NCBI RefSeq assembly: GCF_009914755.1
Contig: NC_060929.1
Strand: one strand, 5' to 3'
DNA length: 64,000 nucleotides
From: the human T2T-CHM13v2.0 reference genome, Homo sapiens
The notes beneath the pieces are model-generated. The model saw only the letters and a program-made list of their open reading frames with translations, was not told where the DNA came from and did not search any database. Within the stretch, counting starts at the first letter, position 1. Each line of letters begins with the position of its first letter. Of this stretch, positions 14,164 through 27,885 are shown one piece after another. Position numbers and translations under genes: made by a program.

Positions 14164-15854
14164 TCACAGGAACTAACTTTGACCAAGTGATTGACAGAAA
14201 CCAGTGAACATTTTCATAGTGATCAAAGCACCCCAAAGCTGGTCCTTCTAGACTGATACCAGTTGATCTGTTGTTTCGTTTTGGAGATGGGCAGCCTCAC
14301 TGCTGGCCTCTCAGTGGTTGCTTTTAGGATACAGCTGTCTGCCCTCCGAACTGGTGGCTGGAGTATCCTCCAGCGAACAGAAGGCTGTGGAATTTGTATC
14401 ATGCTCTGAAAATAGACCTACCCGTAGCTTATGGACATAAAGACTCTATGCAGAAACCTCCTCAACTTTAATTTGTAGTCAGCTATGGCAATGGAACACA
14501 TTTTTCATAGGGAACTTTGGATGGATTCTCTGGTGCTACAGAAAAAAACAGTAAATGGTCCTTCAAGTGTATCAGTGTAGAACTGAGAGAGAAGAGGTAA
14601 AACTGAAAAAGAATAATGAATTTGTTTTAAGATTGAAGACCTTCCTGAAATAATTCAGTTACTTTGGTACTGCCTAGCCCTGTAAGCATTTTGCTTGAAA
14701 TTTAACCTTTTAAGCACCATATGCTAACCATCACCATGTATCTGGGGGCAAAAAAGAAGCCTTAACTACCATTCCCTCACTCTGTCCCCGTCATGACAAC
14801 AGGAGCTAAGTCTTGAACTGGGGGTTACACAGCACTCTTAAGTAGGCGTGATAAGTTTTGCAAAATGTTCAGTATCTCCTCAGTGTCTTGTCCTTAGGTA
14901 GAGACAGGTCCAGAGCTACAAATGCACCCATGTGGAAGAGATTTGATTCAGCAGAACAGCAATTATGTAGTGCCCTGGGGCGGGAAGTGCTAATAATGTT
15001 TCTCAGCTCTTGAAGAAACCCCTGACAGAATTTTAGTTCCACTACAGGTATCAAAAAGATTCCCAGCTCTAAGTCTTGGATATTAATAAGGCTCCACTGA
15101 GAGGGAGAAATCCCAGAATCAAGAGAGCGCTCCCTTCCCAGCCCTGCCTCCAAAATGAAGATTGAAGGAAGTTTTTATTCTCTCAATACAAAATTGTTCA
15201 GGCACAGTCCTGGTGGTGGTCTGTTTGTAACTTTAGTGTATCTGGGACTGTAAGTAACACCTGTCTACGCTCTTCCCATGACCTATAACTCCCAGAGATC
15301 ACCTCTTATGGCCGCCTCTATCTTAAAGTTGAGACCCGGGACTTGGAAACCAAAGCCTTGCTGTAGTAAACAAATCAGCAGTCCTTTTAAATGCTGGAGG
15401 CACACACAGGTCTGTTTTCCCATGAAGCAGGAGGAAAGAGGAGAAACGAGATTCTAGAAGATGAGCCCAGCATCTACCAAAAAGAGGATACAATGGAAAA
15501 TCTTACAGAAACAAATGTCTGGGATCCCACTGATGCACAGCCGCCAGACCAGAAGAGGAGGGGGAGAGTGAGTGCTGAAAGCAGAAACGAGGCTCTGCTG
15601 AGCAGGCACAGAACATGTGTTTACACGCTGTTGTGGGCCCAGGAGGGAAGAGCGGGCACCTCTGGATACAGTCCACAATGTCACCATGGCCAGTCACCCC
15701 AAGGGTTGAGTTGGGGCACTCCATTGTCCAAGTGCCGACCTACCTGCCAGCCTTCCCTTTCCTCCTCCTCCCAACAAGTACATGGGCCCTTCTGTCCCCA
15801 GTGGCCTGCTGCAGTTTACTTCCCATGGGCAGAACTCCGGTGCGTGAGTGCTGA

Positions 15855-16035
15855 TTAAAGCGAAGTTTCATTGGTGTGTGGCCTGGAGTTCTCCTCCTCT
15901 AGCAGAGCTATTCTTTGCTTGAGCATCCTCACTTGGGTCTCATGTCTCTCCACCATGGCCATCATCTGCGACTCTAACTTCTTCAGTTTGTTTTGATGCT
16001 TTTTCTTTGCTTTCTCATAGGCAGCCACCAGGTTG
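15855..16035 (-). CDS. MCC: MCC last coding exon
   Basis: Acceptor cacctag (16036-37); (S)NLVAAYEKAKKKHQNKLKKLESQMMAMVERHETQVRMLKQRIALLEEENSRPHTNETSL, TAA 15855-57. Confidence 0.97.
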
Positions 16036-17485
16036 CTAGGTGGGAATGAAGGGAAATTGGTATTAAGATTCATCCTAAGTAGCATCGTGACACCATCCTG
16101 TCCACTGGATAACCAGATCTAGTGAGCACTGCTCTGAAGAAAGATCACTCATCCTCTTCGGTAAGAATCTGAAATCTAGTGGTCAGAGGAGGGACAGCAC
16201 CAGGATGTCAACACTCAACGGCCAGTCACCTACTGGCTTAACCCTGATGAATCCAGCCGGATTGCTAGAGGCTGGTCACTCTCACATATTAGAAGGGGTT
16301 CTAAGAGTCAAACCAGCAATCCAAATTGGCCCAGTCCAAAACGGATAAATACAAATAGTGGGTCTATTTGTTGCTCCATGGTTGCTTGCACCATAGTCAA
16401 GTGTATCTTACAGGAGAGTACTCCTAAGGCACTGCAATCAAAGTGACCATACCTGGGACGAGAGCAGAGAGGTTGTTCTTGTTCCACCTTCCCTTTATGC
16501 TTTGGGCTGGTGGGACTCGGAATATTAAATTAGGCCATAAGCCAATGCTGCAAAGCCAAACATGGAATATACAGGCCTTTGAACTGTTCCCACCAGAGCC
16601 TGGTGGTAGGGTATACAGTGAGCCCAGGTAGGTCCATTCCATGTACAGTCATTACCCTTACAGCTGCAGTTCTCCCAGATAGTCTGAGGACTCACCCCAG
16701 AGATTTGTAAAACCCATTCAGGAGGTCTGTGAGGTCTTGAGCTTTTATTTCCAACTATAGAGCTGGATGATGCCAGGTGTTCTCAATATACATCCACATA
16801 ATGTTGACTGCAGAAGCAAATGTGAGAACCTAGCTGTCTTCTATTAAGCCAGACATTAAAGATTTGCAGAATTGTAAGACCAGTGCCACTTTTCTAATTA
16901 TTTCTTGGAAAATAGTTTTTCATAAAAATGCCATGTTTTTTTTGTAAATGAAATAATAAAAACTTTAAATAATTTATCTTGGTTTTAGTTCTAACATGAG
17001 AAGTATCAATAAATACAACTTACAGGAACAAAAGCTCTCTGAGGTCCTCCGTTTTTTATAGAGAAGAGTCCTGAGCCCAGTCTTAGAGCAGTATTTCCTG
17101 AAGTATTCCAGTGGATATTGTGTTGCTCAAATAAATTCCATGGCTAATTTTGTTTGGAAAATACTGGCTTAAACAGATTTTTTATTATATGACTTCTCAG
17201 AACATTTAAGATACATAATACCAGGAGGCATATACCACAGTATGCTACATTTGGCCAAAGGATGTTGTTACTGAGCATTTCTTAGTTTCCACAGACCATC
17301 TTGGGAGATGCCACTCTAAGGAAGACCAGGCTCTTAGAGAGCCAGGTAGGGACTCACCCACTTTCTAGAGTTAGTTCTTAAGAGTTAGGGAAATGTCCAT
17401 CCCTGGTGCTGTGTCTACATGCAGGGTGTCAGTCCAAGTACCACAGGTGGAGGGCGGTGGGGGCTGGGTATAGGGAGATTTTTAC

Positions 17486-17608
17486 CTGTTGGCCCGCTTT
17501 AGATCATTCACGAACTCTGCAGATTGCTGATGTCGGATTTCACTGCTCTTGGTGAGTCTCTCCAAGGCACTCACCAGCTCTTGAACTCTGGCCTTCAACT
17601 TCTTTTCT
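17486..17608 (-). CDS. MCC: MCC coding exon (123 nt, phase 2-2)
   Basis: ctttaatatag|A GAA AAG...EKKLKARVQELVSALERLTKSSEIRHQQSAEFVNDLKRAN AG|gtaaaa; in frame with both neighbours. Confidence 0.96.
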
Positions 17609-18948
17609 CTATATTAAAGGAGACAAAATATGCCAGGAGTAGTTTGAGATGATGCTGGAGGTGCCCACTCCCTGGGAAGTGGTGACAGAAAGAGGAAGGT
17701 TTAGCTTGCAAAGCCTAAAGGCAAGGGAGAGAAAAGATACTAAAGGGCCCAACAGCGCTACTGTCACCTGAATGAATTCATTCTCAAATGCAGATTTAAG
17801 CCCATTTCTTCAATGACAAGGGCTTTTTAAAGATCTTATGTGTCAAAGAAAACAAGACAGGAATTTCTGTTTCTAGTCTTCTAGCTAATCTAGAAGTTCC
17901 TTTCTACTATTGGCATACCAGATCCTCAGCAATGAGTGCGGCCTGACCACAAACCCCCGTCTGTCTCCATCCCCTTCTTTTTCAGGTGTCCTAAGTATCT
18001 CCTGAACCACTCAGGTTTAGCAACCTACCTTGAACAGGTCCCCACTCATTGAGACCAACATGATCCCACCTTGCCAAAAACCAAAAAATTGGTAGAGGGA
18101 GTAGATATGATACTCTCTTCATTGTAAGGGTCCTTATTTCCCATGAAATTACATTTGCACTTTTGACTACGTGCCCTCCACAGGCAAAGCAGCTTCAAGT
18201 TCTGTGGATCCTCTACTACTTTGGTAACCCAAGCTAATTAGAGTCAGTTCAGGGAGGTTTCCAGTATCCAGTCAGCTCATTGCCTTCCTCTAATTCCCAC
18301 AAGACCCAGCAGGGAAACACTAATCAAAGCCTTCTCGACTACTCTGACTCCCTTCCAAGATCCTTCTATCACATGCACAGTGTTACTCCACTTAGTAGCA
18401 CACTCAGCACTATGTCACCGTATTACATGCTGGAGCCATGACGCTCCCCCATGGTCATGTTGGGTTCTAGAGTGGCAAGGACTTTACTTGGTTTGATTCC
18501 CCAATGCACCCCCAGTGCTGAGCACCGTGCCTGGGTGACAGCTTCTAGTGACTGTTAAAACAGCTTTAGAACAACTTACTGAAGGTAATGTATTTGATTC
18601 TTTGGGCATATTAAGAAACCAGGATTTAGGGAAGGAATTCGTTTAAAAAGGACTCACTATATGTAGAATGTAAATTTGCATGATTAATTTATAAGACAGT
18701 TGGGTAGGATCTAGCAAAATAATAAATGAACATGCCCCTTGACTAAGCAACTTCACTTCTAGGAATTGATTTTACAGAGATATCAGGAGCACAGGTTCCT
18801 AAAGATACATCACTTATATTTGGATTCACTTAGGCATTGGTTACAATAATGCCTAATAAAGGGAGACAAGCAGGGAACTGGTTAATCACGGCCTACCCAT
18901 GCTACCGAAATGCTCTGCTTGAAAAATATTTTTAAAATGCAGATGGAG

Positions 18949-19243
18949 GGCTGGGGGCAGTGACTCATGCCTGTAATCTCAGCACTTTAGGAGGCCAAGG
19001 AATGTGGATTACTTGAGCTCAGAAATTGAAGACCAGCCTGGGCAACATGGTGAAACCCCATCTCTACAAAAAAATATAAAACTTAGCCAGATATGGTGGG
19101 TCATGCCTGTAGTCCATGCTACTCAGGAGGCTAAGTTGGGAGGATCGCTTGAGTCCAGGAGGTCAAGACCAGTGAGCCATGATCCTGCCACTGCACTCCA
19201 GCTTGGGTGACGGAGTGAGACCATCTCAAAACAAACAAAAAAA
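18949..19243 (+). mobile_element. AluJ-like SINE
   Basis: Diverged dimer; flanks aaatgcagatgg / aaatcagatgg. Confidence 0.9.
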
Positions 19244-20676
19244 TCAGATGGCCATGCACTGGCATGGGAGGATATCTGATACATTAAGCAAAAAGGGTGA
19301 GTTCTAAAGATGCCATTTTTGTAAAAACTGAAAAGCTGAGTGTGAATATCTGACACTGTAATAAGACTAGAAGGTGAAACACAAACTCAACAATGCTTAA
19401 CTCCTGAAGGGGGTTGATGGGAGGCTTTCATTTTCTACTTCACTCACTTTTGCATTGCCAGATATTTTTACAATTTTGTATATTTTCTGTAAAGTGCGAG
19501 TTAGAGTCATGTAGGAACGGCATGGGAATGTGGCGTCGGGGTAGAAGGCTCCTTTCTGCTGCCCAAACTGTTCAGACCCTGGTTCTCCTTTCCTAGCTTT
19601 TCATATATCTAATCTTTTACATTTCTGCCTTTAGCTACTATGAGGGTAAGTCAAGCTCTCCAAACTGATCAATGAAGAAAGGAATTACAACGTAAAATCC
19701 AGGCCTGCTTTTGGGAGAGAGGATGGAAGGGGCAGGATCTTTAAGGGAAGTCTAGCAACCAGCCCTCAGCCCAGAACTCATTTTTCAGTAAATCCTCCTA
19801 CCCGCCTCTGCTAAGCTGGAAGGAGCGTGTGTTTTTCCTGGGCCCTAGCAGCCTCCAGGACATCTCGGATCTGGCTGCATTTCCTCCCGGCATTGGAGAG
19901 TGGCAGCATTTCCTACCAGCAGTGAGGATGGTGTTGCAGGAGGGGGGCTCCTTTCCTCCCCACCCGCCCCCCAACACCTCCTCGGCCTTCCCAGCAGTCC
20001 TCCTCCAGCGGAGGGAAGCCAGGGACTCCTGCTTCCCTCCAGCTAAAAACAGCAGGGAAGGGTTTTTTGCCCTACATTTTATTACCATTTAGAGCCCTTT
20101 ATCTTTCATTCTAATGTTGATTAATAGTGTAAAAGGAAAAAAAATACTGAAGAGTTAAAAATGTAACCACAAACTCAATAAGAAATTCACAACAAAAAAC
20201 TCTGGGATGCTACCTAGAGCAGTCAAATCCCCTCCCTCCCCCACTCCTATCCACACTCAGTGAACAGGGAGACTGGAAATCCCAGCCCTTCCACAAGACA
20301 AAACGCTTCCTTCCCCAGCACCCAGGCCCTCAGGGGACCAGAGGGAACTTTCTGGATCTGGCAGGCTCCAAAGGAGGATAGAACCCCAGAAGGGCAGGAG
20401 AGAGTCTCTCAGACCCAGGCCAACCCCAGCTTAGGGTTGTGGCGCAGGGGTGGGGAGTAGCCATTGCTGGGAGCTTAGAACTGCCTGGCCTTCAGAAGGG
20501 AATGGGAGTGAACCGCTGGGAGAAACCCCAGGAAAGAACTATGATGCTCATTTATTTAAAGATGCAAAGACGAGGCCAAACTGTAAACTTAAACCTAAAA
20601 TTTGGGTTGGTTGATCTGTTTTCATGACAACACAAAAAAGTGTAAAATATCTATTTAGTTTAAAAAATACTGATTA

Positions 20677-20982
<306 letters not shown>

Positions 20983-20994
20983 GGATACTGATTA

Positions 20995-21150
20995 CATGTT
21001 GAGATATTTTGGACATACTGGGTTACATTGTTATTAAAATTAATTTCATGTGTGTCTCTACTTTTTTCATGGGACTACTAGAAAATTTAAAATTACATAC
21101 ATGCCTTGCATTTGTGGATCATATTATATCACCAGTGGACAGTGCTGCTC
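20995..21150. mobile_element. MER33/MER3-like hAT-Charlie fragment
   Basis: actagaaaatttaaaattacata...ggacagtgctg resembles the MER33 end. Confidence 0.6.
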
Positions 21151-21169
21151 TAGAGCAATTGTTTAATGC

Positions 21170-21713
21170 TGTCAGAGGCATGTGAACCAGAGCAACTCCA
21201 TCTTAAATAGGAGTTAGGTAAAAGTGAGGCTAAGACCTACTGGGCTGCATTCCCAGATGGTTAAGGCATTCTAAGTCACAGGATGAGATAGGAGGTCAGC
21301 ACAAAATACAGGTCATAAAGACCTTGCTGATAAAACATTGCAGTAAAGAAGCCAGCCAAAACAGCAAACCCAAGACAGCCACAAGAATGACCTCTAATCG
21401 TCCTCACTGCTACACTCTCACCAGCGCCACAACAGTTTACAAATGCCATGGCAACATCAGGAAGTTACCCTATAACGTCTAAAAAGGGGAGGTATGAATA
21501 ATCCACCCTTTGTTTAGCATATTATCAAGAAGTAACCATAAAAATGGGCAACCAGCAGCCCCCAAGGCTGCTCTATGGAGTAGCCATTCTTTTCCTTTAC
21601 TTTCCTAATAAACTTGCTTTCATTTTACTCTGTGGGCTTGCCCTGAATTCTTTCTTGCACAAGATCCAAGAACCCTCTCTTGGGGTCTGGATCGGTAATA
21701 TTTTCCAGTAACA
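21170..21713 (+). mobile_element. MER41A solo LTR (ERV1)
   Basis: Starts TGTCAGAGGC..GAACCAGAGCAACTCCATCTT, ends TTTCCAGTAACA; internal AATAAA; reads aaaaaggggaggtatgaataatcc without the MER41B GAS insert. Confidence 0.88.
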
Positions 21714-22450
21714 GCATTACCAGATATTTTCCCTGGCTTCTGACTAAGTAGGTTTGGGTTGAGACCCAGGAATTGCAGTTTAACAAGGGCCCCAGCTGAC
21801 TCTTGTCATCAGGCAAGCTTGAGGGACTGGCGTAAGGCAGAAGAGTTCCTCACCTGGACCTGAGGATGAGCTTCAGTTACTCCTGGAACTGACTTTCTGA
21901 ATTTATATGCAAAATTGCAAGCACGGGGCTCACTTTATCAAGTCTACAGTTTTCCTCAGATTTTCAAACGATGACATGGAAAATGCAAAGAAACATAGCT
22001 TACTAATTCAAGTCACATTGAAACCTCAACCATTCTTGTTCCTTTCTCCTTCTAATTTAAATTTGCTTAGCCTTTCGTTAAGATTTTATATGGTTTGGGT
22101 ACATAAGTTAGGCCAAAACAAGCTTTCTTGGCTTCACACAAATGAGAAAGCAAAAATTCAACACTACACGTTCCATATGCACCTTCAATAGTAATGTATT
22201 CATACAGTGTTTCCTGGAATGGCCAGAAATACATAATCCATTCCTTTTTTATGCCCAGTAGTATTGGCACTCACAAATATACCCCATAGCATCAAGCAAA
22301 AACAATGGTGGATTGTAATGACTGTGACAACTGAAGTCCCCCAGTACACACATGGATTTCAGTTCCACGTCTTCCCACTTCAGCTTTTGGGCTTCTTATT
22401 CCTGGTGATAAAAGGTCGTATGACTCTAACCGCAGAGCCAGGGTGGGACT

Positions 22451-22752
22451 TTTAAGAGACAGGGTCTTGATCTGTCATCCAGGCTGGAGTACAGTGGCAC
22501 AAATCACAGCTCACTGCAGCCTCGACCTCCCAGGCTCAAGCAATCCCCTCACCTCAGCCTCCTGAGTGGCTGGGACTACAGGTGTGTGCCACCATGCTGG
22601 GCTAATTTTTAAAACTTTTTTTTTTTTTTTTTTGTAGAGATAGGGTCTTAACTATGTTGCCCAGGCTGGTTGCAAACTACCGGGCTCTAGTGGTCCTCCC
22701 ACCTTGCCCTCCCAAAATGCTGAGATTACAGGCCTGAGCAACTCCACCTGGT
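22451..22752 (-). mobile_element. AluJ-like SINE
   Basis: Antisense Alu with J-type gagacagggtct / cctcccaggctcaagc. Confidence 0.9.
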
Positions 22753-23239
22753 GGATTCTTTTTAATTGAAACGTAATGTGGTACGTTTCAAGGCAGTGGA
22801 ATATACACAGGGAATTAAGAGGCAGCCTCGTGGTGTGAATTTAAAGGTAATATGAAAACCAAGGTGGCTTGCCAGTACGCTGGGCAGAGCGAAGCAAGCC
22901 TCGGAAGTGGTGCTTGTTGGTGTACCTGGGTAGCCTGGCAGTGCGGCTTCGTGAGCCATCAGTAAGGAGGTTATATTCTCCCTAAAATAAAAAGGCCAGC
23001 AGCGGTACTCTGTGATTAGAGTCCAATTGAGGAGCTGCAGGAGTCATCGGGCGAGAGCCCAGTCTCAATGAGGCTGTGAGTGGCTTCACAGCTGGCCAGG
23101 AAACCTTTCAGAGGAGCTGTAATCAGACCAAACCACAGGGAGTCACAGCCATGCAGCCACAAGGCCTGGAATTTCTTAGTAATTGCTGATTATATGGAAT
23201 TAGTCACTAAGAGAATTGTCTGCATATGTGATGTCTCTC

Positions 23240-24440
23240 ATCCTCACCTTCCATTTACTTTTAACCCGTCAGGCTCTGTCTCCACTGACGTGGATCACTG
23301 AGCTCACCAGTGAGCTCCAAGTTGTTGCATCCAGCGGTCCGGTCCCTTCTGTCCTTTTCTTACCTGCCCGCATCACCTGCAGGGCTGACCGCCTCTTTGC
23401 TCATGGCTTGCACAAGGCCTCCAGAGCCTGATTTCGTTCTGCTTCACTGGCTGCTCCCTTTCTATACTCCATGACAAAATACTGGGTGTTGTTTAGGACT
23501 TGGGCCTGGCCTGTATTTTATCTTATCCTTTTCTCTAATGGACTCCCTCCATTCCCTTTTCCTAAAAACTTCCACACTCTTAATCTTCTGGCCTTTCCTT
23601 GGATCTCTGGACTTGTCTGTTTGCGGCCTCTTAACTGGCATCTGCGATTTCACATGTCCAGAGGATTACTTCCCAGATGACCTCCAACAGCCACTCTCTC
23701 TCCTGTGTTGGCTAATGGCACCACCTTTCAGCCAGTCACTCATTGGGCTCAGATCTCTCTGCCTTCTTGCAAAGGCAGTTTAAGTTACTTGGAGTCAGCC
23801 TTAACTCCTCCTCCCCTCATCCTCGACATCTGTTCAACAGCAAACTCTATCTGCCAAGTCTCATCCTGCCATTGTCACCACACCCAGGTCCAAGTGGTCA
23901 TCACTTCTCACCCGGACAACCACAACAGCCTGCTAACTGGTTTCTCTGTCTCCTCCCCTGCATCCCTCTGCCCTGGTTTTCACACAGCAGCCCAGGTAAC
24001 ATTTCACATGACAGATCTGATCATGTTACTGTCCTTCACTGCCTTTCACCTACACGTGGAATAAACCCTGTGGTCTTGCCTGGACCTCTAAGGCCCTGCT
24101 TGACCTGAGTGCTACTTGCTGGGCCTTTGGGCTGCTGGAATCACCCTTGCCCTGATGGAATCCTGTAGGTCCTCAACACAGCCCTGCACAGCCAGGGCCT
24201 CTTCCGGATATGATTCTGCCTCTCTCCTCCTCATCTCAGCTTCAGTGTCACCTCCCAGAGAGGCCTAGACTGACCACCCATCTAAACTCATGTCCCAGAG
24301 CTAAGACATCACCACGCCTTACCATTTCCTTCATATTATTCATTGCAAACTAAAGTTACTTTATTGGAAAAAAAATCTCCACAGTGACTGTATCACATCA
24401 TCCCGTTTCCTTCATGGTAATCACCACAATGTTTACTTAT
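23240..24440 (+). mobile_element. L2 LINE remnants
   Basis: C/T-rich L2-like motifs cacaacagcctgctaactggtttc and tgtcacctcccagagaggcct..ctgaccacc. Confidence 0.6.
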
Positions 24441-24566
24441 TTTTTAGAAAATCCAGGCAGCAGATAACAGCTGTCTCTAAGTCCTTTATAAGGATAATAT
24501 CATTTCATTCCCACATAACCTTGGAAGTCAGTACTATCATGATTCTCATTTTTAAGGATGAGGAAC

Positions 24567-24874
24567 TTTTTTTTTTTTTTTTTTTTTTTTGAGATGGAGT
24601 CTCACTCTTTCGCCCGGTCTGAAGTGCAGTGGTGCGATCTTGGGCTCAACACAACCTCCAACCCCTAGGGTTCAAGTGATTCTCCTGCCTCAGCCTCCTG
24701 AGTAGCTGGGATTATAGGCACCTGTCACCATGCCCAGCTCATTTTTGTATTTTTAGTAGGGACAGGGTTTCACCATGTTGGCCAGGCCAGTCTTGAATTC
24801 CTAATTTCAGGTGATCCACCTGCCTTGGCCTCCGAAAGTACTAGGATTACAGGCGTGAGCCACCGCGCCTGGCC
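24567..24874 (-). mobile_element. AluS inserted in a MIR
   Basis: TSD gatgaggaactt on both sides; MIR core ctcattttt..gatgaggaa on the left flank. Confidence 0.92.
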
Positions 24875-25946
24875 TATAGATGAGGAACTTAAGATTAGTC
24901 CCTGCAGAACTGGGACTCCCACCTGGGATTCTGTCTGCAGAGCCTGTGCCCTTACGCATCTCACTGGGTAGTAGCCTGTGATTCACAAAGGGAATACAGT
25001 AGAGTGCAAGATAAACAAGACCTCTGCTTAACAGTGCAGCCCTGCAGAACTAAGGCTCAAGTGTCCCCAGATAATGAGGTTCTGCAGGTATGTCGGTGGC
25101 TGTGTTTTGCCAGGAGTAGCAGCACAAGGACAACAGCAGTCTAACTTTTTTTTGCCCAGACTTTGCTATGAACATGTTTCTTGTCCAGGAAATCCATCTG
25201 GAGTTTTCACAGGCCTTGCCAGTGGCTGCTGGGTGTTCCAGTGCCCTCTACCACTCTGCCTTTATGAGGTCCCAGGCAAGGCCTTCTTCTCTTTGAGCTT
25301 TGGGGATGCTGGAGGGATGGCAGAAAAGTAAAATAAATCTCAATTACTCAAGCAACAACCCCTCCATCCCTTGAGTGAGCCTCAGTCTTCACCCTCTGTG
25401 CTTCTAGGCACTTGGCTCTGGGGCTCAGCAGTTTATTTGCGTGCTAATGAAGCCACAGGCACACTTTGTATTCCATTAATGTCCTGCAGACCCATGTGCT
25501 TTTATGGAATTCTAAGCACAACTTCCATTGCTTGATTGCTTTTATACATCAACCAAATATGAAGAATCAGCAAGTTTAAATAAAACAGCACCTTTTACAA
25601 TAATGGTCCTCCTCATGAACCAGTGAAGATTCTGCTGCTTATTTGTTCAGTGGGGGCTCCCTTTTAAAAAGCACCCCACCCACTTCCCTTTTCATTTTAT
25701 CCCACTCTTTGTGTGGCTCAAAAACAGTATTCATCCACAGCTGCTGAAATAGGGGTCAACTAGTGTCATCCTTTTTCCATTCAGGGACAAATGTTGGTTC
25801 CTACAAGTCTGGAAGTTTTCTACAGTTGGGTGGATGGTGTATGAACTTGGACATGGATTTGAACTCTGAGGAGTCTCGCTGGCTTTTTCGAAGGCACTGG
25901 TAACAGTCAAGGGCTCTGTGGGCCACTGATGGGTAAAGAGTAGTCA

Positions 25947-26236
<290 letters not shown>

Positions 26237-27748
26237 GTACCAGAGAAGACTCAGAGAATAGCGGGAAGATACATGATGGAGGTGACTGAAGGAAGCTTCA
26301 AGATGGTAAGCATTCTGATTGGAAAGGATGAGGGAGAATCAGGGATAAAGCAAAGGGTGTGCTCTTGGAAAGATGAATTGTCCAGAGGGGCTGGACTACA
26401 GATCAAGCATGGGGAAACATTTGAAATATGGGCTAGGAAGTTAAGTTAGGGACCTACGGACAATCTTGAGTGCCAAGGCACTGAAGGTGCTTATGCAGAG
26501 CACCCTAATCCGAAGTGTGTTTTAAGGTATTCTGGCGGCAGAATCAAACTACAGAATAACCCATTAGGACACTACTCTCTGGGTTCTGAGGGTCAGTGCG
26601 ATGGAAAGGAATGGAAGGGATTTTAAGGAATTATGACCTGCTGACGAGAGGTAGGGAGGGGAGACTTACAAGTTATAATCCTGGATCATTAGGAGAAGGG
26701 GATTTTTAACATAAATAGGAATTCATCAAAGGGCAGGAAGAAACAGAATTGTATTGGATGTGCTGTTTTGAGGCTTTAGCATATTTGGGTGGAGATGTCC
26801 AGTGGGCATGAGGTTGAGATAATTTAGGGACCATTTAGAAGGAACAGCTGAAGACATGAGAGTTGGAGTCATGTACTTGGCTGAGTAAACCACAATCCCT
26901 GGCCCTAAAAGGACTCTCTTTCTGTGTGGGGACTGAGGGTTAAGGAGGGGAGTTGGGGGTAGAACCAGGCATATTAAGAAATGAGCAATGAAATGTTCCA
27001 TGGGAGAAGGAAATTCATGGCGCTAGGAACCAAAAAAGAAGTGGGAGAGGGTGTCATTTCTGCTGGGAGGTGGAGGATGGGAACATCCGGATCCATTTTA
27101 CAGATAGCTGTAAGTCACCTGATGTGAATGTTTGGGGAATGGCATTGGGTGGGGCCAGGACAAAAGCAGATGCAAGACTGAAGCCCCAGAGGCGCAGAAG
27201 AGGAAGAGCAGTCTCACGGCAGGTGTGATCGATCACACTGACCAGACGAGGCCCTCCTGCCACTGGATATATCCTTACAGGGCTCTGGCACACAACCCTG
27301 TCTTCCAGCAGTGGCAGCTTGCCTACTTCTTATTCAGCAGAGAGGGGAAAGGAAGCCCTCTTCTGGTGGATGAGTCAGGGGCATCCTGTCCCTGGACAGA
27401 AAGGCCACTGTGATTTGTCGATTGCCTTAACGTGGCATTTTACAGAACCATCTGGCAAACACGCAGACACAGATGGCATATTCCAGTTCCCTGGAGGGCT
27501 GGGCACAGCCCCTGGATGGTCGGTGACTAAATGACCACAGCCTCCTGGAGGGCAGGGCGCTGACTCCTGCAGGTAGTATGTGAGGCTCGCCCCACCCTGC
27601 TCCTGGGTAGAGTGAAAGGCGAGTGCCTGTGAGGCAGCACCATGCTCTACTCCTCACCATGGCTCAGGTGATGTATCATGGTGAGGAGCAGCGCACCTAC
27701 TTCCTGCCTCCCAGCACTGAGGAAGCACAGATCCTTACTTTAAAAAGA

Positions 27749-27885
27749 TATTTTTTACTTATTTATTTTTTAAAGACGAGATCTCGCTATGTTGCCCAGG
27801 CTGGATTTGAACTGGCCTCCAGGGATGCTCCTGCCTTGGCCTCCCCAGTAGCTGGAACTCCAGGTGTATGCAACAGCACCTGGCT
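27749..27885 (-). mobile_element. FLAM/Alu monomer
   Basis: Single-arm Alu-like sequence flanked by direct repeat cagatccttac (27728, 27890). Confidence 0.8.

Larger units (their letters stand above)
10650..15854 (-). other. MCC: MCC 3'UTR (~5.2 kb, end approximate)
   Basis: Follows the MCC stop; possible proximal signals AATAAA (+ tttatt 15174) and ATTAAA (+ tttaat 14467). Confidence 0.75.

Noticed and set aside
15391-15858. 155-aa + strand ORF whose TAA overlaps the MCC stop in a TTAA palindrome
   Set aside because: Antisense to the MCC 3'UTR, with no recognisable domain, weak Kozak context and no promoter evidence; consistent with chance
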